Origin: an uncultured Planctomycetota bacterium
GTDB lineage: Bacteria > Planctomycetota > Planctomycetia > Isosphaerales > Isosphaeraceae
Assembly: GCA_963823665.1 (NCBI GenBank)
Contig: CAWGMQ010000010.1
Span: 1,728,001 to 1,792,000 of the forward strand
Direction: 5' to 3'
DNA: 64,000 nt
Below are positions 35,585-49,216 of this stretch, one piece after another. The notes under the pieces are model-generated. The model saw nothing but the letters and a program-made list of their open reading frames with translations. It had not been told where the DNA came from and searched no databases. Positions within the stretch are counted from its first letter, which is position 1. Each line of letters begins with the position of its first letter. Position numbers and translations under genes: made by a program.

Positions 35585-38500
35585 ATGCCCTCGTCCCATT
35601 CGTCCCGCGATGTGGTGCTGGAGCGGTTGGCCGCGGATTTCGTCGAACGCCACCGCCAGGGCAAGCACCCGCCCCTGAGCGAGTACACCGACCGCTACCC
35701 CGACCTCGCCGCCGACATCCGCGATCTGTTTCCGGCGCTGGTGCAGATCGAGAAACTGAAGCCACCCACCGACGTCACCGACGACTTCGAGCGGCCGGCG
35801 ATAGCCGCCTTCGCCAACCTGGAGCGCCTCGGCGACTACCGCATCCTGCGTGAGGTGGGCCGGGGCGGCATGGGGGTCGTTTACGAGGCGGAGCAAGAAT
35901 CGCTCGGCCGGCACGTTGCCCTCAAGGTGCTGCCGTCCTCGGCGCTCCTGAACCCGACGTACCTGGCCCGCTTCCGCCGCGAGGCCCAGGCGGCCGGGCG
36001 GCTGCACCACACCAACATCGTGCCCGTCTTCGGCGTCGGCGATTGCGACGGCGTCCACTACTACGCCATGCAGTTCATCCAGGGCGAGGGGCTCGACAAG
36101 GTGCTCTGCCGACGTCCGCCGCCTCCGCCGGCCGCTGGATTCCGGTGAAGCGCTGCCCGCCGAGGGTAGCGTGGCGCACAGCCTTCTGACCGGCCAGTTC
36201 AACCCGCCCACGGCCGTCGATCCCGGCCAGCCGACCGAACACCCCGATTCTTCGTCGCTCACCTCGCGGCTGTCGCCGTGCGGGCCCGAGGCCGAATACT
36301 ACCGAGGCGTGGCGCGGATCGGCGTTCAGGTCGCCGACGCGCTGGCCTACGCCCACCGCCAGGGCATCCTGCACCGCGACGTCAAGCCGTCGAACCTGCT
36401 GCTCGATCTGCAGGGGACCGTGTGGGTCACCGACTTTGGGCTGGCCAAGGCCGAGGGAACCGAGGAGCTGACGCACACCGGCGACATCGTCGGCACGATC
36501 CGCTTCATGGCTCCCGAGCGGTTCGAGGGCAAGTCGCTGCCGCAGAGCGACGTCTATGGCCTGGGCCTGACGCTCTACGAGTTGCTGACACTCCGGCCGG
36601 CGTTCGACGACACGAACAAGGGCCGGCTCATCGACAGGGTGCTGCACGAGCCGCCCCGGCCGCCGTGCAAGCTCGACCCGCGGGTCCCGCGCGATCTGGA
36701 GACGCTCGTGCTGAAGTGCCTGACGAAGGACCCCAGCGAGCGCTACGCGACGGCCGAGGCGCTGGCGAAGGACCTGCGCCGTTTCCTGGCCGATCGCCCC
36801 ATCCATGCGCGGCGCGCCACCGCGGCCGAGCAAGCCTGGCGCTGGTGCCGCCGCAATCCCTGGCTGGCTGGCCTGTCGGCCGCCGTTCTGCTGCTCTTGC
36901 TGGTCGTGGCCATGGGTTCCCTGGTGTTCGCCCTGCGCTTGCAGCAGGAGCTGGGCCACCGGCGCCAGGCGGAAGGCGACGCGCTGGAGAAGCTGTTCAC
37001 GGCCCGGGTCGCCGAGGCACAGGCGCGGCGCTACAGCGGCCGATCCGGGCAGCGCTTCAAAAGCCTGGAGGCGATTCAGGAGGCGGTCCAGTTGGCCCGG
37101 CGACTGCAGAAGCCGCCCGAGACTTTCGACGAGCTGCGCAACGAGGCCATTGCCGCGCTGTGCTTGCCCGACATTGATGACGGTGGGCCCCAATGGAAGA
37201 CGGCGTGTCCCGCTTCCGACATGGCCTTCGACCCGACCGGGCAGGGCTACGTGCAAGTGGACGAGGGACACGCCTATTACTGTCGGCTGGTCGACGGGAA
37301 AGAACAGCGGCTCAAGGAGCTGCACGTTTCCGGGAGGGCCCTCTTTGGGGAGTGGCACAGCCCGGACCTCCGTTTTCTGGCCCTGGGCAGCCCGCACATT
37401 CCCGGGAAAGGGTACGACTGGCTGAAGCTGTGGCGCTGCGATGGGCCCCAGGCGAAGTTGGTGCTGGAAGATCGCGGGATATCCGAGTCGGCCACGGCGT
37501 TCCGGCCGGACGGGCGGCAACTGGCCGTCGGCCACCGCGACGGCACGCTCACGGTCCACGACACCGAAACGGGGGCGGTCGTGCGGCAGTGGCAGGTCGG
37601 AGTTCCCCCGTTCGCCGCCATGTTCCACCCCCGCCTTCCCCGCCTGGCCGTCGCTTGCGGGGCAGAGGTACGCCTCTACGACGTCGAGAGCGGCGCCCTC
37701 CTTTCCCCCCGGTTCACCAACCCCAACGGCGTGTCGGCTGTCGCCTGGAACCCAGACGGCAGAAGGCTGGCCATCGACTGCTTTGAGCAAAAACTCGTCC
37801 TGTGGGACAGCGAGACCGGGCAGCAACTGACCCCGCACTATGAGGGGCTCGGCGGCGCCGGCCTCGACCTCCGATTCAACGCGACCGGCGATCGCCTCCT
37901 CACCGCCGACTGGGGCGGAATCCTCCGCCTCTGGGACGCGGGTACGGGCAAGCAGCTATTCAACACGCCGCGTACCAGCTTACGGCCCACCTCGGGGTAT
38001 TGGCCCCGCTTTTGCCGGGATGACCAGTGTCTCGTGTTGCGATTCGCCGGAGACACCATCAAGTTACTGCGGTTCGCCCCAGGCCGAGAACACCGGGTGC
38101 TGATCTCGGCCACCCCGTCGATCATCGAGGACGACTTCTATCACCTGCTGTACCCGCACGGGTGGCTGTTGTCGGCGGACCTGGCGATCGAGGGCCGGTT
38201 TGGGTTTGATGCCTCGGGTGCCCTCTTGAGTCGGAATGCGAACGGAGTCTTCCGCTGGCCTGTCCGCGTGGACGCCGGCTCGCCAGAGAGCTACCGCCTG
38301 GGCCCGCCTCAGAGGGTCACCTCGCAGCACACCGCGCAGGCAACCATCGGCGACGAGCCGTTCGGTGCCTCCCGGGATGGGCGAGTGCTGGCGTTTGCGC
38401 ACGCGACGCACGCAACGGTCGTTCACATGGGCCCGCCGCTCCGAACACTGACCCTGGGGCCCCAGTACGACGTGCGACACGTCAGCGTCAGTCCCGATGG

Positions 38501-39997
38501 GCGCTGGGTCGTAACCGGCAGCCGCTGGGCCGACCCAAACGGTGAGAACGCCAAGGTCTGGGAGGCGTCCACAGGCAAGTTGATCACCGTGTTGCCGATC
38601 GGCGCGGACTTGAAACCCGTTTTCAGCGCGGACGGCATCTGGCTGCACACCACGAATCCCACGCATCGCTCGCCGTACTGGTGCAAGGTCGGCACCTGGC
38701 AGCCCAAAGCTGTTCCCCGTCCGTCCGGCCTGCTCGCGCCGGACGGCCGGCTGCTCGCCTGTCTCGCTGGGTATGGTGAAATCCTGCTGGTGAACTTCGA
38801 GACCGGCAAGGAGATGGCACGCCTGAGCATCCCTCCGCAGACTCGCCTCGAGCCGCGGAACTTCAGCCCCGACGGCGCCTGGTTATATGCCATCGGCTGG
38901 GACCCAGCAGCTCTATCGCTGGGACCTGAGGGTCATTCGCCGTCAGCTCGCCGAGCTGGGTTTGGACATGGATCTGCCTCCGTGCCCCGAGCAGACGGAC
39001 CGACCGATGGCGTGGCCGCCGCCGGCCGTGACGGTGCATCATCCGGAGCTGGCGAGCGACGCGGCCAAACTGCGCCAGTCGGAGCTGACGCAGGCGTCCA
39101 TCGCCTCTTGGGTCAATCCCTTCGACGCCGATGCCCACGCCCGGCTCGGGGCCCTGGCGTACGCGGACGGGCGCTTCGGGGATGCGTTCGCCCACCTGTC
39201 GATTGCACGAACGATCCGCCCCGACGACTTCGAGGTTCGCCGCCTGCGGGCCATGGCCGCGCGCCGATGCGGTCAGTGGGCGGAGGCCGTCGTCGATGCG
39301 GATTGGGTACTGCGCGAGCAACCCGGTCACCTGGACGCCCTCGGGGCTCGGGGCGAGTCCCTGCAGCGCCTCGGACGCCACGCGGAGGCGGTCGCGGACC
39401 TCACCGCCTTGCTGAAGTTCTACCCCGAGGACGCCGAGCTGTACGAGCAGCGCGCCCGCTGTTACGACGCCTTGAACGACGCGGAGCCACGCCGACGCCG
39501 ACCGCAAGAAGGCGGCGGAGGTCGCGCGAAACGACCCGCGGCAGCTCAATAACAGGGCCTGGCATCTCCTCACCGGCCCCGCGGCCGAGCGCGACCCGGT
39601 GCGAGCGCTGGAGCTAGCAAGGAAGATCATCGAGCGGGCGCCCAACTCCCAGGCGTACCTCAACACGCTGGGCTTGGCCCAGTATCGCAACGGACTTTAT
39701 GGAGAGTCCATTGCGACGCTCGAAAACAGCCTCAAAGCCGGAAAGGGACAGTTCGACGCCTTTGACCTGTTCTTCCTCGTCATGTGCCATGCCAAACTCG
39801 GGGATTCGCTGAAGGCCAGGGACTGCTTTGATCGAGCCCTGAAGTGGACCGAGGCGCACAAGGACTTGCCGGCGCAGTACAAGGAAGAATTGAAGGCGTT
39901 CCGCGCGGAGGCCGAAGAGCTGCTGCGAAGTGCGCCAGGCACAAGCGGCAAAGGAGGAGGGGGAGAAGGGGAGGGAGAAAAGGTGGGGGGAAGGTGA
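35585..39997 (+). CDS. Membrane Ser/Thr kinase with WD40 and TPR domains (STK5); frameshifts near 36108, 38900 and 39490
   Basis: [21 protein letters not shown], a TM helix, WD40 blades, then a TPR tail. This is a different kinase subfamily from STK1-4. Confidence 0.88.
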
Positions 39998-40204
39998 AGA
40001 AGAACGATCAGGACTGGGCTTACGCCCGCAGCGATCGACCGCATGTCCGGCCACCGGACCTGACCGACCGACCAGGAAAAAATATTACGGGTTCGGTCCC
40101 GGTTTCTCGCATTGTGCTCTGGACGGGCCTAACCGGCCCGCCGCGGAGAAGGAGTAACCTGACACGATCTAACGCTGACCATTCGCGTTGATTCGGTGTG
40201 CGGG
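39991..40204 (+). other. Fused remnants: STK2-type 3' end, ECF-A tail, type A promoter copy 6, STK1/3-type 3' end and spacer
   Basis: aaggtgaagaagaac matches 26980-26994. ggactgggcttacgcccg is the ECF tail. TTACGGG-N16-CGCATT lies at 40085-40113. aaggagtaacctgacacgatctaacgctgaccattcgc resembles 31166-31203. Confidence 0.8.
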
Positions 40205-40212
40205 CTTCGTTG

Positions 40213-40369
40213 ATCACCGAACTGACAACGTTCAGAGGAAAGCGGCCGGCGGGGTCCTTACCGCCAAGCAAGCCCCCGCCGGCCCGGCACCGCTCCGGCG
40301 ATCGGTCTGCGCACCGGCGCGATGTCTTTTTCATTGTACCGCAGACCAGCTCTCGAAAGGAGAAGCATC
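40213..40369 (+). ncRNA. Candidate structured 5' leader, copy 1
   Basis: 11-bp stem 40244-54/40274-84, second stem 40304-11/40340-47, then an AAAGGAG RBS. Near-identical copy at 62008-62164. Confidence 0.45.
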
Positions 40370-40480
40370 ATGTTGTTTCTCTTCCTGGCTGCGAACTCGG
40401 AATTTGAGCGGCAGCTGCGCGGCAGCGGGCGCGAACGTCCCCCCGCCGGACCAACCTCTTTCTCCGCCCCGTCCTCCGGC
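40370..40480 (+). pseudogene. Decayed 5' stub of a secreted-protein gene homologous to the start of the 62165 gene
   Basis: atgttgtttctcttcctggctgcgaactcg versus atgttgtcctcttcctggctgcgaaactcg at 62165. Confidence 0.6.
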
Positions 40481-40531
40481 CGAAGTCCGACCGCCTGGTC
40501 ACTGGGTGCCCTGACCGACCGGGAAAAAACT

Positions 40532-40560
40532 TTGCGGGTTCGGTCCCGGTTTCTCGCATT
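40532..40560 (+). promoter_or_regulatory. Putative ECF promoter, type A copy 7 (upstream of the giant surface protein)
   Basis: TTGCGGG-N16-CGCATT, preceded by ccctgaccgaccgggaaaaaa. Confidence 0.65.
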
Positions 40561-40655
40561 GTGTTCTGGACGGGCCCTGCGGCTCGCCGCGGCGGAGAGC
40601 CCCGCCATGGTGATCGGCCCTATCGCATGACATCCCACTCGAGGAGGAGACATCC

Positions 40656-43600
40656 ATGGCCAGCCATCGCAGACTTCAAGAGCGGTTCGCATTCGCCTCC
40701 CGCCCGGTTCACCATCACCGCCTCCGCCGCCGCCCGGACCTGGAGGTCCTCGAGGGCCGCGCCCTGCTGTCCACGTTCACCGTCAACAGCCTGGGCGATG
40801 TGGGGAGCGGTTCCGGCGACTCGGGCGACCTGCGGTACTGCATCAACCAGGCCAACGCCGATGACCAGGCGAACACGATCGTCTTCGATTCGACCATGTT
40901 CGGCACGCCCCAGACGATCACGCTCTCCAGCGGCGGCCAGCTCGAGCTGAGCGACACCGGCGGAACGCAGACGATCACCGGGCCGGCCGCGGGGGTGACC
41001 ATCAGCGGCGGCGGGAATAGCCGCGTCTTTCAGGTCGACAGCGGCGTGACGGCCTCGATTCTCCGGCCTGACCATCTCCGGCGGCTCAGTGCAGGGCAAA
41101 GGCGGCGGTCTGGCTGAACTACGGCACGGCGACGCATCACTGACTGCACCATAAGCGGCAACACCGTCACCAGATTCGTCTTCTACGGCCGATACGGCCA
41201 GGTGTACAGCGCCGACCAGGGCGGCGGCGTGTTCAATTCCGGAACGGCCGACCCTGACCGACTGCACCATCAGCGGCAACACCGCCTTCTCTATAGTCCG
41301 AAAGGCAAGACCAGGCTACGACACCTACTACTATTACAACTATTACGGCAACGGCGGCGGCGTGTTCAATGCCGGCACGGCCAAACTGACCGACTGCACC
41401 GTCAGCGGCAACGACGCCGGCGCCGCCGGATTCGCTGGCGGCGGCCTGTACAATCTCGGTACGGCCAACCTTATCCTGACCGACTGCACCGTCAGCGGCA
41501 ACACCGGCGGCGGCGAGGAAAACCTGGGCGTTACAACGTCACCCTGACCGACACCATCGTCGCCGGCAACAGCGGCGGCGACATCGCCGGTTACACCAAC
41601 GTCTCGGGCAGCTTTAACTTGATCGGCACCGGCGGCTCGGGGTCGGCTGACCAATGGCGTAGAATGGCAACATCGTCTTGACCAGCCTCACCGGTTTGGA
41701 CCTGGCCCCGCTCGGCAATTTTGGCGGGCCGACCCAGACCATGGCCTTGCTCCCCGGCAGCCCTGCCTTGGGCGCGGGTGTGATCGCCGACTACCCGGGC
41801 ACCACCACTCGCGATCACGACCGACCAACGCGGCGAGCCCCTCGACACACCCAATCCCGACATCGGCGCCTTCCAGTCCCAGGATCCCACGCTCACCGCG
41901 CTCTCCTTCTCGGGAATCAGCAACCAGGTTATCACCGACGGCACCTCGAGCGTGACCATTTCCGGTACGCTGGCCGACGGCTCGCAGGCCCCGGTGGGCG
42001 AGACCGTCGCCGTCACGCTCGATGGCGTGGAACAGTCGCCCACGATTGGCTCCGGCGGCGCCTTCTCCACGACCTTTGACACCACCAGCCTCACCGTGGC
42101 CAATTCGCCCTACACGGTCAACTATGTCTACTTGAGCGACGGCACCTTCGCCTCCGCCGATACCACCAGCGAGCTAACCGTCAACTCGGCGACGCCCACC
42201 ATCTTCACAGTCAACAGCTTGGGGGATGCCGGGAGCGGTTCCGGCGACTCGGGCGACCTGCGGTACTGCATCAACCAGGCCAACGCCGATGACCAGGCGA
42301 ATACGATCGTCTTCGATCCGACCCTGTTCAGCACGCCCCAGACGATCACGCTCTCAGGCACCGGGCTCTTTCTGGAAGACACCGGTGGAACGCAGACGAT
42401 CACCGGGCCGGCCGCGGGGCTGACCATCAAGAGCGGCGGGAACAGCCGCGTCTTTCAGATCGACGATGGTGTGACCGCCTCGATCTCCGGCCTGACCATT
42501 TCCGGCGGCACGGTCCAGTGGCCCGGTTCCGGTGGCGGTTTGAAGAACTACGGCACGGCGACGCTCACTGACTGCACGATCAGCGGCAACTCCGCCAACA
42601 TCGGCGGCGGCGTGTACAACGGCTCTTATGCCAACCTGACCCTGACCGACTGCACCGTCAGCGACAACTCGGCCCGGAGCTGGGGCGGCGGACTGTTCAA
42701 TGACGGCTTCGCCACCCTGACCGACTGCACCTTGAGCGGCAACTCGTCCGGGGGCGCGGGCGGAGGAGTGTTCAATACCGGCGTCGAATACGAAATGGGC
42801 GTCTTCCCCAAGCTGACCCTGACCGACTGCACCATCGGCGGCAACTCGGCCGGGGGCGGAGGCGGCGGGGTGTTCAATGACGCCACCGCCACGCTGACCG
42901 ACTGCACCGTCAGCGACAACTCGTCCGGGAGCACGGGCGGAGGCGTGTTCAATAAGGGCCCGGCCAACCTGACCCTGACCGGCTGCACCGTCAGCGGCAA
43001 CACCGGTGTCCGTGCCGGCGGTGTGGGAAATTACGCCGGCACGAGCACGCTGATCGACTGCACCGTCGGCGGCAACTACGCCGCCTACGGCGGCGGCGCG
43101 TTCAATTATTACCAAGAGGCCACCCTGATCCTGATCGACTGCACCGTGAGCGGCAACAACGCCACGGACTCCGGCGGTGGCGTGTTCAGTTACGGCACGG
43201 TCAACCTGACCGACACCATCCTCGCCGGCAACACCAGTGGCTCGAGCGCCAGCGACATCGTGGGTAACGTCTCGGGCAGCTTTAACTTGATCGGCACGGG
43301 CGGCTCGGGCGGGCTGGTTAATGGCGTCGACGGCAACATCGTCTTGACCAGCCTGAGCGGGCTCGGCCTGGCCCCGCTGGCCAAGAACGGCGGCCCGACC
43401 CAGACCATCGCCTTGCTCCGCGGCAGCCCGGCCATCGCCGCGGGTGTGATCGCCGACTATCCCGGCACCACCACTCCGATCACCACCGACCAGCGCGGCG
43501 AGCCCCTCGATTCGCCCTACCCTGACATGGGCGCCTTCCAGGTCCAGGGGTCCGGACTCATCGCGCTCTCCTTCTCGGGACTGAGCAACCCGAGCATCAC

Positions 43601-46600
43601 CTACGGCACCCCCAGCGTGACCATTTCCGGCACCCTCTCGAGCGGCTCGCGGGCCCCGGTGGGCGAGAGCGTCGCCGTGACGCTCGACGGCGTCCAGCAG
43701 TCGGCCAACATCGGCACCGGCGGCGCCTTCTCCACGACCTTCGACACCACCGGCCTCACCATTGCCAATTCGCCCTACACCGTCAGCTACGTCTACACGA
43801 GCGACGGGACTTTCGCCCCCGCCAGAACCACCAGCGAGCTGACGGTAACGCCCCCCATCTTCACCGTCAATAGCTTGGGAGACGCCGGGATCGGTTCCGG
43901 CGACTCGGGCGACCTGCGGTACTGCATCAACCAGGCCAACGCCGATGACGAGGCGAACACGATCGTCTTCGATCCGACCCTCTTCAGCACGCCCCAGACG
44001 ATCACGCTCAGCGGCGGCCAGCTCTCGCTGGAAGACACCGGCGGCACGCAGACGATCACCGGGCCGGCCACGGGGGTTACCATCAGCGGCGGCGGCAACA
44101 GCCGCGTCTTTCAGGTCGAACCCGGTGTGACAGCCTCGTTCTCCGGCCTGACCATCTCGGACGGCGCGTTAGTGCACGCCGGTGCCGGTCTGGAGAACTA
44201 CGGCACGGCGACGCTCACCGATTGCACAATCAGCGGCAACTCGCTCCCCGCCAGCGACCCCTACGGCACCCCCAGCGACGGCGCCGCCGTGTTCAATGGC
44301 CAAACGTTCCCGAACTACTACGGGACAAGATATGGCACGGGGAACCTGACGCTCATCGATTGCACCATCAGCGGCAACTCCTCCGGAGGATCTGGCGGCG
44401 GCGTGTTCAATTCCGGCACGGCCTACATCTACGGCTGCACCTTGAGCGACAACTATGGCGCTTCGAACAGCGGCGGCTTGTTCAATATCGGCACGGCCAA
44501 CCTGGCCGACTGCACCTTGAGCGGCAACTCCGCCGGTTTCAACGGCGGCGGTCTGGGCAACTACGGCGGCTGGAGCACGCTCGTCAACTGCACGATCAGC
44601 GGCAACTCCTCCACGATCGTCTCCGTCCGCGCCGGCGGCAGCTATGGCTACAACGGCGGCGTGTACAATTGGTCCGGCGCGGTCAACCTGACCGATACCA
44701 TCGTCGCCGGCAACACCAATTCCGTCGGCGCCAGCGCCGACATCGCCGGTCCCGGCAACGTCTCGGGCCGCTACAACCTGATCGGCCCCGGCGGCTCGGG
44801 GGGGCTGGTCAATGGAGTCTACGGCAACATCGTTCTAACCAGCCTCACCGGGTTGGGCTTGGCCCCGCTAGGCAACTACGGCGGCCCGACCCAGACCATG
44901 GCCTTGCTTCCCGGCAGCCCGGCGATCGGCGCGGGTGTGATCGCCGGCTACCCGGGCAACTTCATGACGCCGATCACCACCGATCAGCGCGGCCTCCCGC
45001 TCGACTCCCCCAATCCCGACATCGGCGCCTTCCAGAACCAGGGGTCCCCACTCCTCGGGCTAACCTTCTCGGTGAGCAATCAGAGCATCAACTACGGCAC
45101 GCCCAGCGTGACCATTTCCGGGACGCTGACCGACGGCGCGCGGGCCCCGGTGGGCGAGACCGTCGCCGTGACGCTCGACGGCGTCGAGCACTCGGCCACC
45201 ATCGGCCCTGGCGGCGCCTTTTCGACCACCCTCGACACCGCCGGCCTCACCGTGCCCGATTCGCCCTACACGATCATCTACGCGTATACCACCGACGGGA
45301 CCTTCGCCGCCGAGAGCACAACCAGCAAGCTGACGGTCAACCCGACGCTCATCACTTTGACGGTCGACAGCCTGGGGGATGCCGGGATCGGTTCCGGCGA
45401 CGCGGGCGACCTGCGGTACTGCATCGACCAGGCCAACGCCGATGACGTGCCAAACACGATCGTCTTCGATCCGACCGTCTTCAGCACGCCTCAGACGATC
45501 ACGCTCAGCGGTGGCCCGCTCGAGCTGAGCGACACCGCCGGAACGCAGACGATCACCGGGCCGGCCGCGGGGCTGACCTTGAGCGGCGGCGGGAGCAGCC
45601 GCGTCTTCCAGGTCGACTCGGGCGTGACCGCCTCGATCACCGGCCTGACCATCTCCGGCGGCTCGGCGGCGGGCCTTGGCGGCGGTCTGGCGAACTACGG
45701 CACCGCGACGCTCACCGACTGCACCTTGAGCGGCAACACATGCTTCAACTCACGCGGCGGCTACTGCGACGGCGGCGCCGTGTTCAATGGCCAAACGGCG
45801 CCGAACTACGACGGGGTCCGCTACGGCGCGGCCAACCTGACCCTGACCGACTGCACCTTGAGCGGCAACGACGCAACCTACGGCGGCGGAGTGTTCAATT
45901 CCGGCACGGCCAACCTGACCGACTGCACCTTGAGCGACAACGCCGCAACGTACGGCGGCGGCGTGCTCAACGTTTCCGGCACGGCCAACCTGACCGACTG
46001 CACCGTGAGCGGCAACTCCGCCGTCGGCTTGGGCGGCGGTCTGGCCAACTACGGCTACGCACAAACCGCGGTCGGCCCGGCCAACTTGACAGACACGATC
46101 GTCGCCGGCAACACCGATCCCTCCGGCGCCAGCGACATCGCCGGTGGCGACGTCTCGGGCAGCTTTAACCTGATCGGCACCGGCGGATCGGGGGGGCTGG
46201 TCAATGGAGTCGACGGCAACATCGTCTTGACCAGCCTCACTGGATTGGGCCTGGCCCCGCTGGGCAACAACGGCGGCCCGACCCAGACCATGGCCCTGCT
46301 CCCCGGCAGCCCGGCGATCGGCGCGGGTGTAATCGCCGACTACCCAGGCACCACCACTCCGATCACCACCGACCAGCGCGGCGAGCCCCTCGATTCGCCC
46401 AATCCCGACATCGGCGCCTACCAGACCCAGGGTTCCACACTCACGTCGCTCTCTTTCTCGGGGATCAGCAACCAGAGCATCACCTACGGCACCTCCAGCG
46501 TGACCGTTTCCGGTACGCTGGCCGACGGCTCGCAAGCCCCGGTCGGCGAGACCGTCGCCGTGACGCTCGACCACGTCCAGCAGTCGGCCACGATCGGCTC

Positions 46601-49201
46601 CGGCGGCGCCTTCTCCACCACCTTCAATGCCGACGGCCTCACCGTGTCCAATTCGCCCGACACGATCACCTACGCGTATACCAGCGACGGGACCTTCGCC
46701 TCCGCCAGCACCACCAGCACGCTGACGGTCAACCCGGCGACGCTCACCATCACGGCAAACCCCGAGACCAAGGTCTACGGCACCGCCGACCCGGCGCTGG
46801 CCTATACCGCCAGCGGCTTCCAGTTCCACGACACCGCCGACTCGGTCCTGACCGGCGCGCTGGCCCGGGCGCAGGCGGGCACCCTGGCCGGCGAGCAAGC
46901 CGGCGGCTACGCGATCAGCCAGGGGACGCTCGCCGCCGACAGCAATTACACGATCAGCTTCACCGGCAGCACGCTCACCATCACCCCGGCACCGCTAACC
47001 GTCACCGCCAATCCCCAGACCAAGGTCTACGGCACCGACGACCCCGCCTTGACCGACACGGCCACCGGATTTGTCGATACCACGGTCGACGGCGTGACGA
47101 TCGACGACACGGCCGCGACGGCGCTCTCGGGCCAGCTTGCGCGGACACCGGGCGAGACGGTATCCGGCGGCCCCTATGCGATCACCCAGGGGACGCTCGC
47201 CGCCGACAGCAACTACACGATCACCTTCACCGGCAGCACGCTCACCATCACCCCGGCTCCGCTGACCGTCACCGCCAATCCCCAGACCAAGGTCTACGGC
47301 ACGAGTGACCCCAGCTTGACCGACAGCGTGACCGGCCTGGTCGACACAACGGTGGACGGGCGTGACGATCGACGACACCGCCGCCTCGGTGCTGACGGGC
47401 CATCTGGTGCGCGGACGTCCGGCGAGACGGTGGCCGGCGGTCCCTACGCGATCACCCCGGGACGCTCGCCGCCGACAGCAATTACACGATCAGCTTCACG
47501 GGCAACACGCTGACGATTACCCCGGCCCCGCTGACCGTCACGGCCAATCCCCAGACCAAGGTCTACGGCACCGGCGATCCCAGCTTGACCGACAGCGTGA
47601 CCGGCCTGGTCGACACAACGGTGGACGGCGTGACGATCGACGACACCGCCGCGTCGGTGCTTACGGGCCATCTGGTGCGCGGACATCCGGCGAGACGGTG
47701 GCCGGCGGCCCCTACGCGATCACCCAGGGCACGCTCGCCGCCGACAGCAACTACACGCTCAGCTTCACCGGCAGCACGCTCACCATCACCCCGGCGACCT
47801 TGACCGTCACCGCCAATCCCCAGACCAAGGTCTACGGCACCGCCGATCCCGCCTTGACCGTCACGCCGGCAGGACTCGTCGACACAACGGTGGATGGCGT
47901 GACCATCGACGACACGCGCCGCGACAGTCCTCACCGGGTCGCCGGCCCGTGCCCAGGCGGGCACCATCGCCGGGGAGCAGGTGGGCCATTACGCAATCAC
48001 CCAGGGCACGCTCGCCGCCGACAGCAATTACACGCTGAGCTTCACCGCCAGCACGCTCACCATCACCCCGGCGACCTTGACCGTCACCGCCAATCCCCAG
48101 ACCAAGGTCTACGGCACCGCCGATCCCGCTCTGACCGACACCGCAACCGGATTTGTCGACACTACCGTCGACGGCGTGACGATCGACGACACCGCCGCGA
48201 CCGTGCTGACGGGCCAGCTTGCGCGCACACCCGGCGAGACGGTATCCAGCGGCCCCTACGCGATCACCCAGGGCACGCTCGCTGCCGACAGCAATTACAC
48301 GCTGAGCTTCACCGGCAGCACGCTGACGATCACCCCGGCGACGCTCACCATCACGGCGAAGCCCGAGACGAAGGTCTTCGGCTCAGCCGACCCGGCGCTG
48401 GCCTTCACCGCCGCCGGCTTCCAGTTCGGCGACACCGCCGCGACGGTGCTGAGCGGACATCTCTCGCGCGCAGCCGGCCAGACGGTGGCCGGCGGTCCCT
48501 ACGCGATCACGCAGGGGACGCTCGCGGCCGACGCCAACTATACGATCCAGTTCACCGCCAGCACGCTGACGATCACGCCGGCGACGCCCCTGGTGACCGA
48601 GAGCGCCGCGGGCGGGACCTACACCGGCGCTCCGATCGCCGCCACGGCTTCGGTCACAGGCGTCGGCAGCACGGCGACCCCGAACCTGGAAGACGTGACA
48701 CCGACCCTGACGTATTTTGCCGGTTCGAGCACCTCGGGCACGAATCTGGGCTCCACGGCCCCTTCCGCCGCCGGAACGTACACCGTCGTGGCCCGCTTCC
48801 CCGGCAGCGCCGATTACGCCGCGGCCCAGTCGAAGCCCGCCACCTTCACGATCACGCCGGCCACGACGACGATCGTCCTGGAGCCGCACGCGGTCCTCAC
48901 GCGAAAGAAGGTGCTGAAGGGAGTCGAGCTCACGGCGGCTATCCAGCCGATGACCCCCGGCGGCGGCGTGCCGACCGGCACGGTGACCTTCGAGTTCGTC
49001 ACGAAGCACGGGAAGAAGGTCAAGGTGACGACGCTCGGCACCGCGGCCTTGAGCGGCGGCGCGGCCACGCTGACGTTCAAGCCGAACAAGGTGCTGAACC
49101 AGACGCTGACGATCGTCTACAGCGGCGATCCCGACTTCCTGGCCAGCACGATGAGCCCGCCCAAATTGACCAAGTCCGAGGTCGCAAGTTCCAGGATTTG
49201 A
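40656..49201 (+). CDS. Giant secreted/surface repeat protein: LEPR-XLL-like signal, four beta-helix/choice-of-anchor-Q modules, MBG-like repeats and Ig-like C-terminus (multiple frameshifts)
   Basis: GGAGG RBS; RRRPDLEVLEGRALLS; GDLRYCINQANADD-type modules starting near 40775, 42200, 43860 and 45355; GGGVFN/LTDCTVSGN repeats; GGPTQTMALLPGSPA...DQRG..DIGA; TKVYGTADP repeats at 46740-48580. Confidence 0.85.
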
Positions 49202-49216
49202 CCGGAGGGTAGCACC

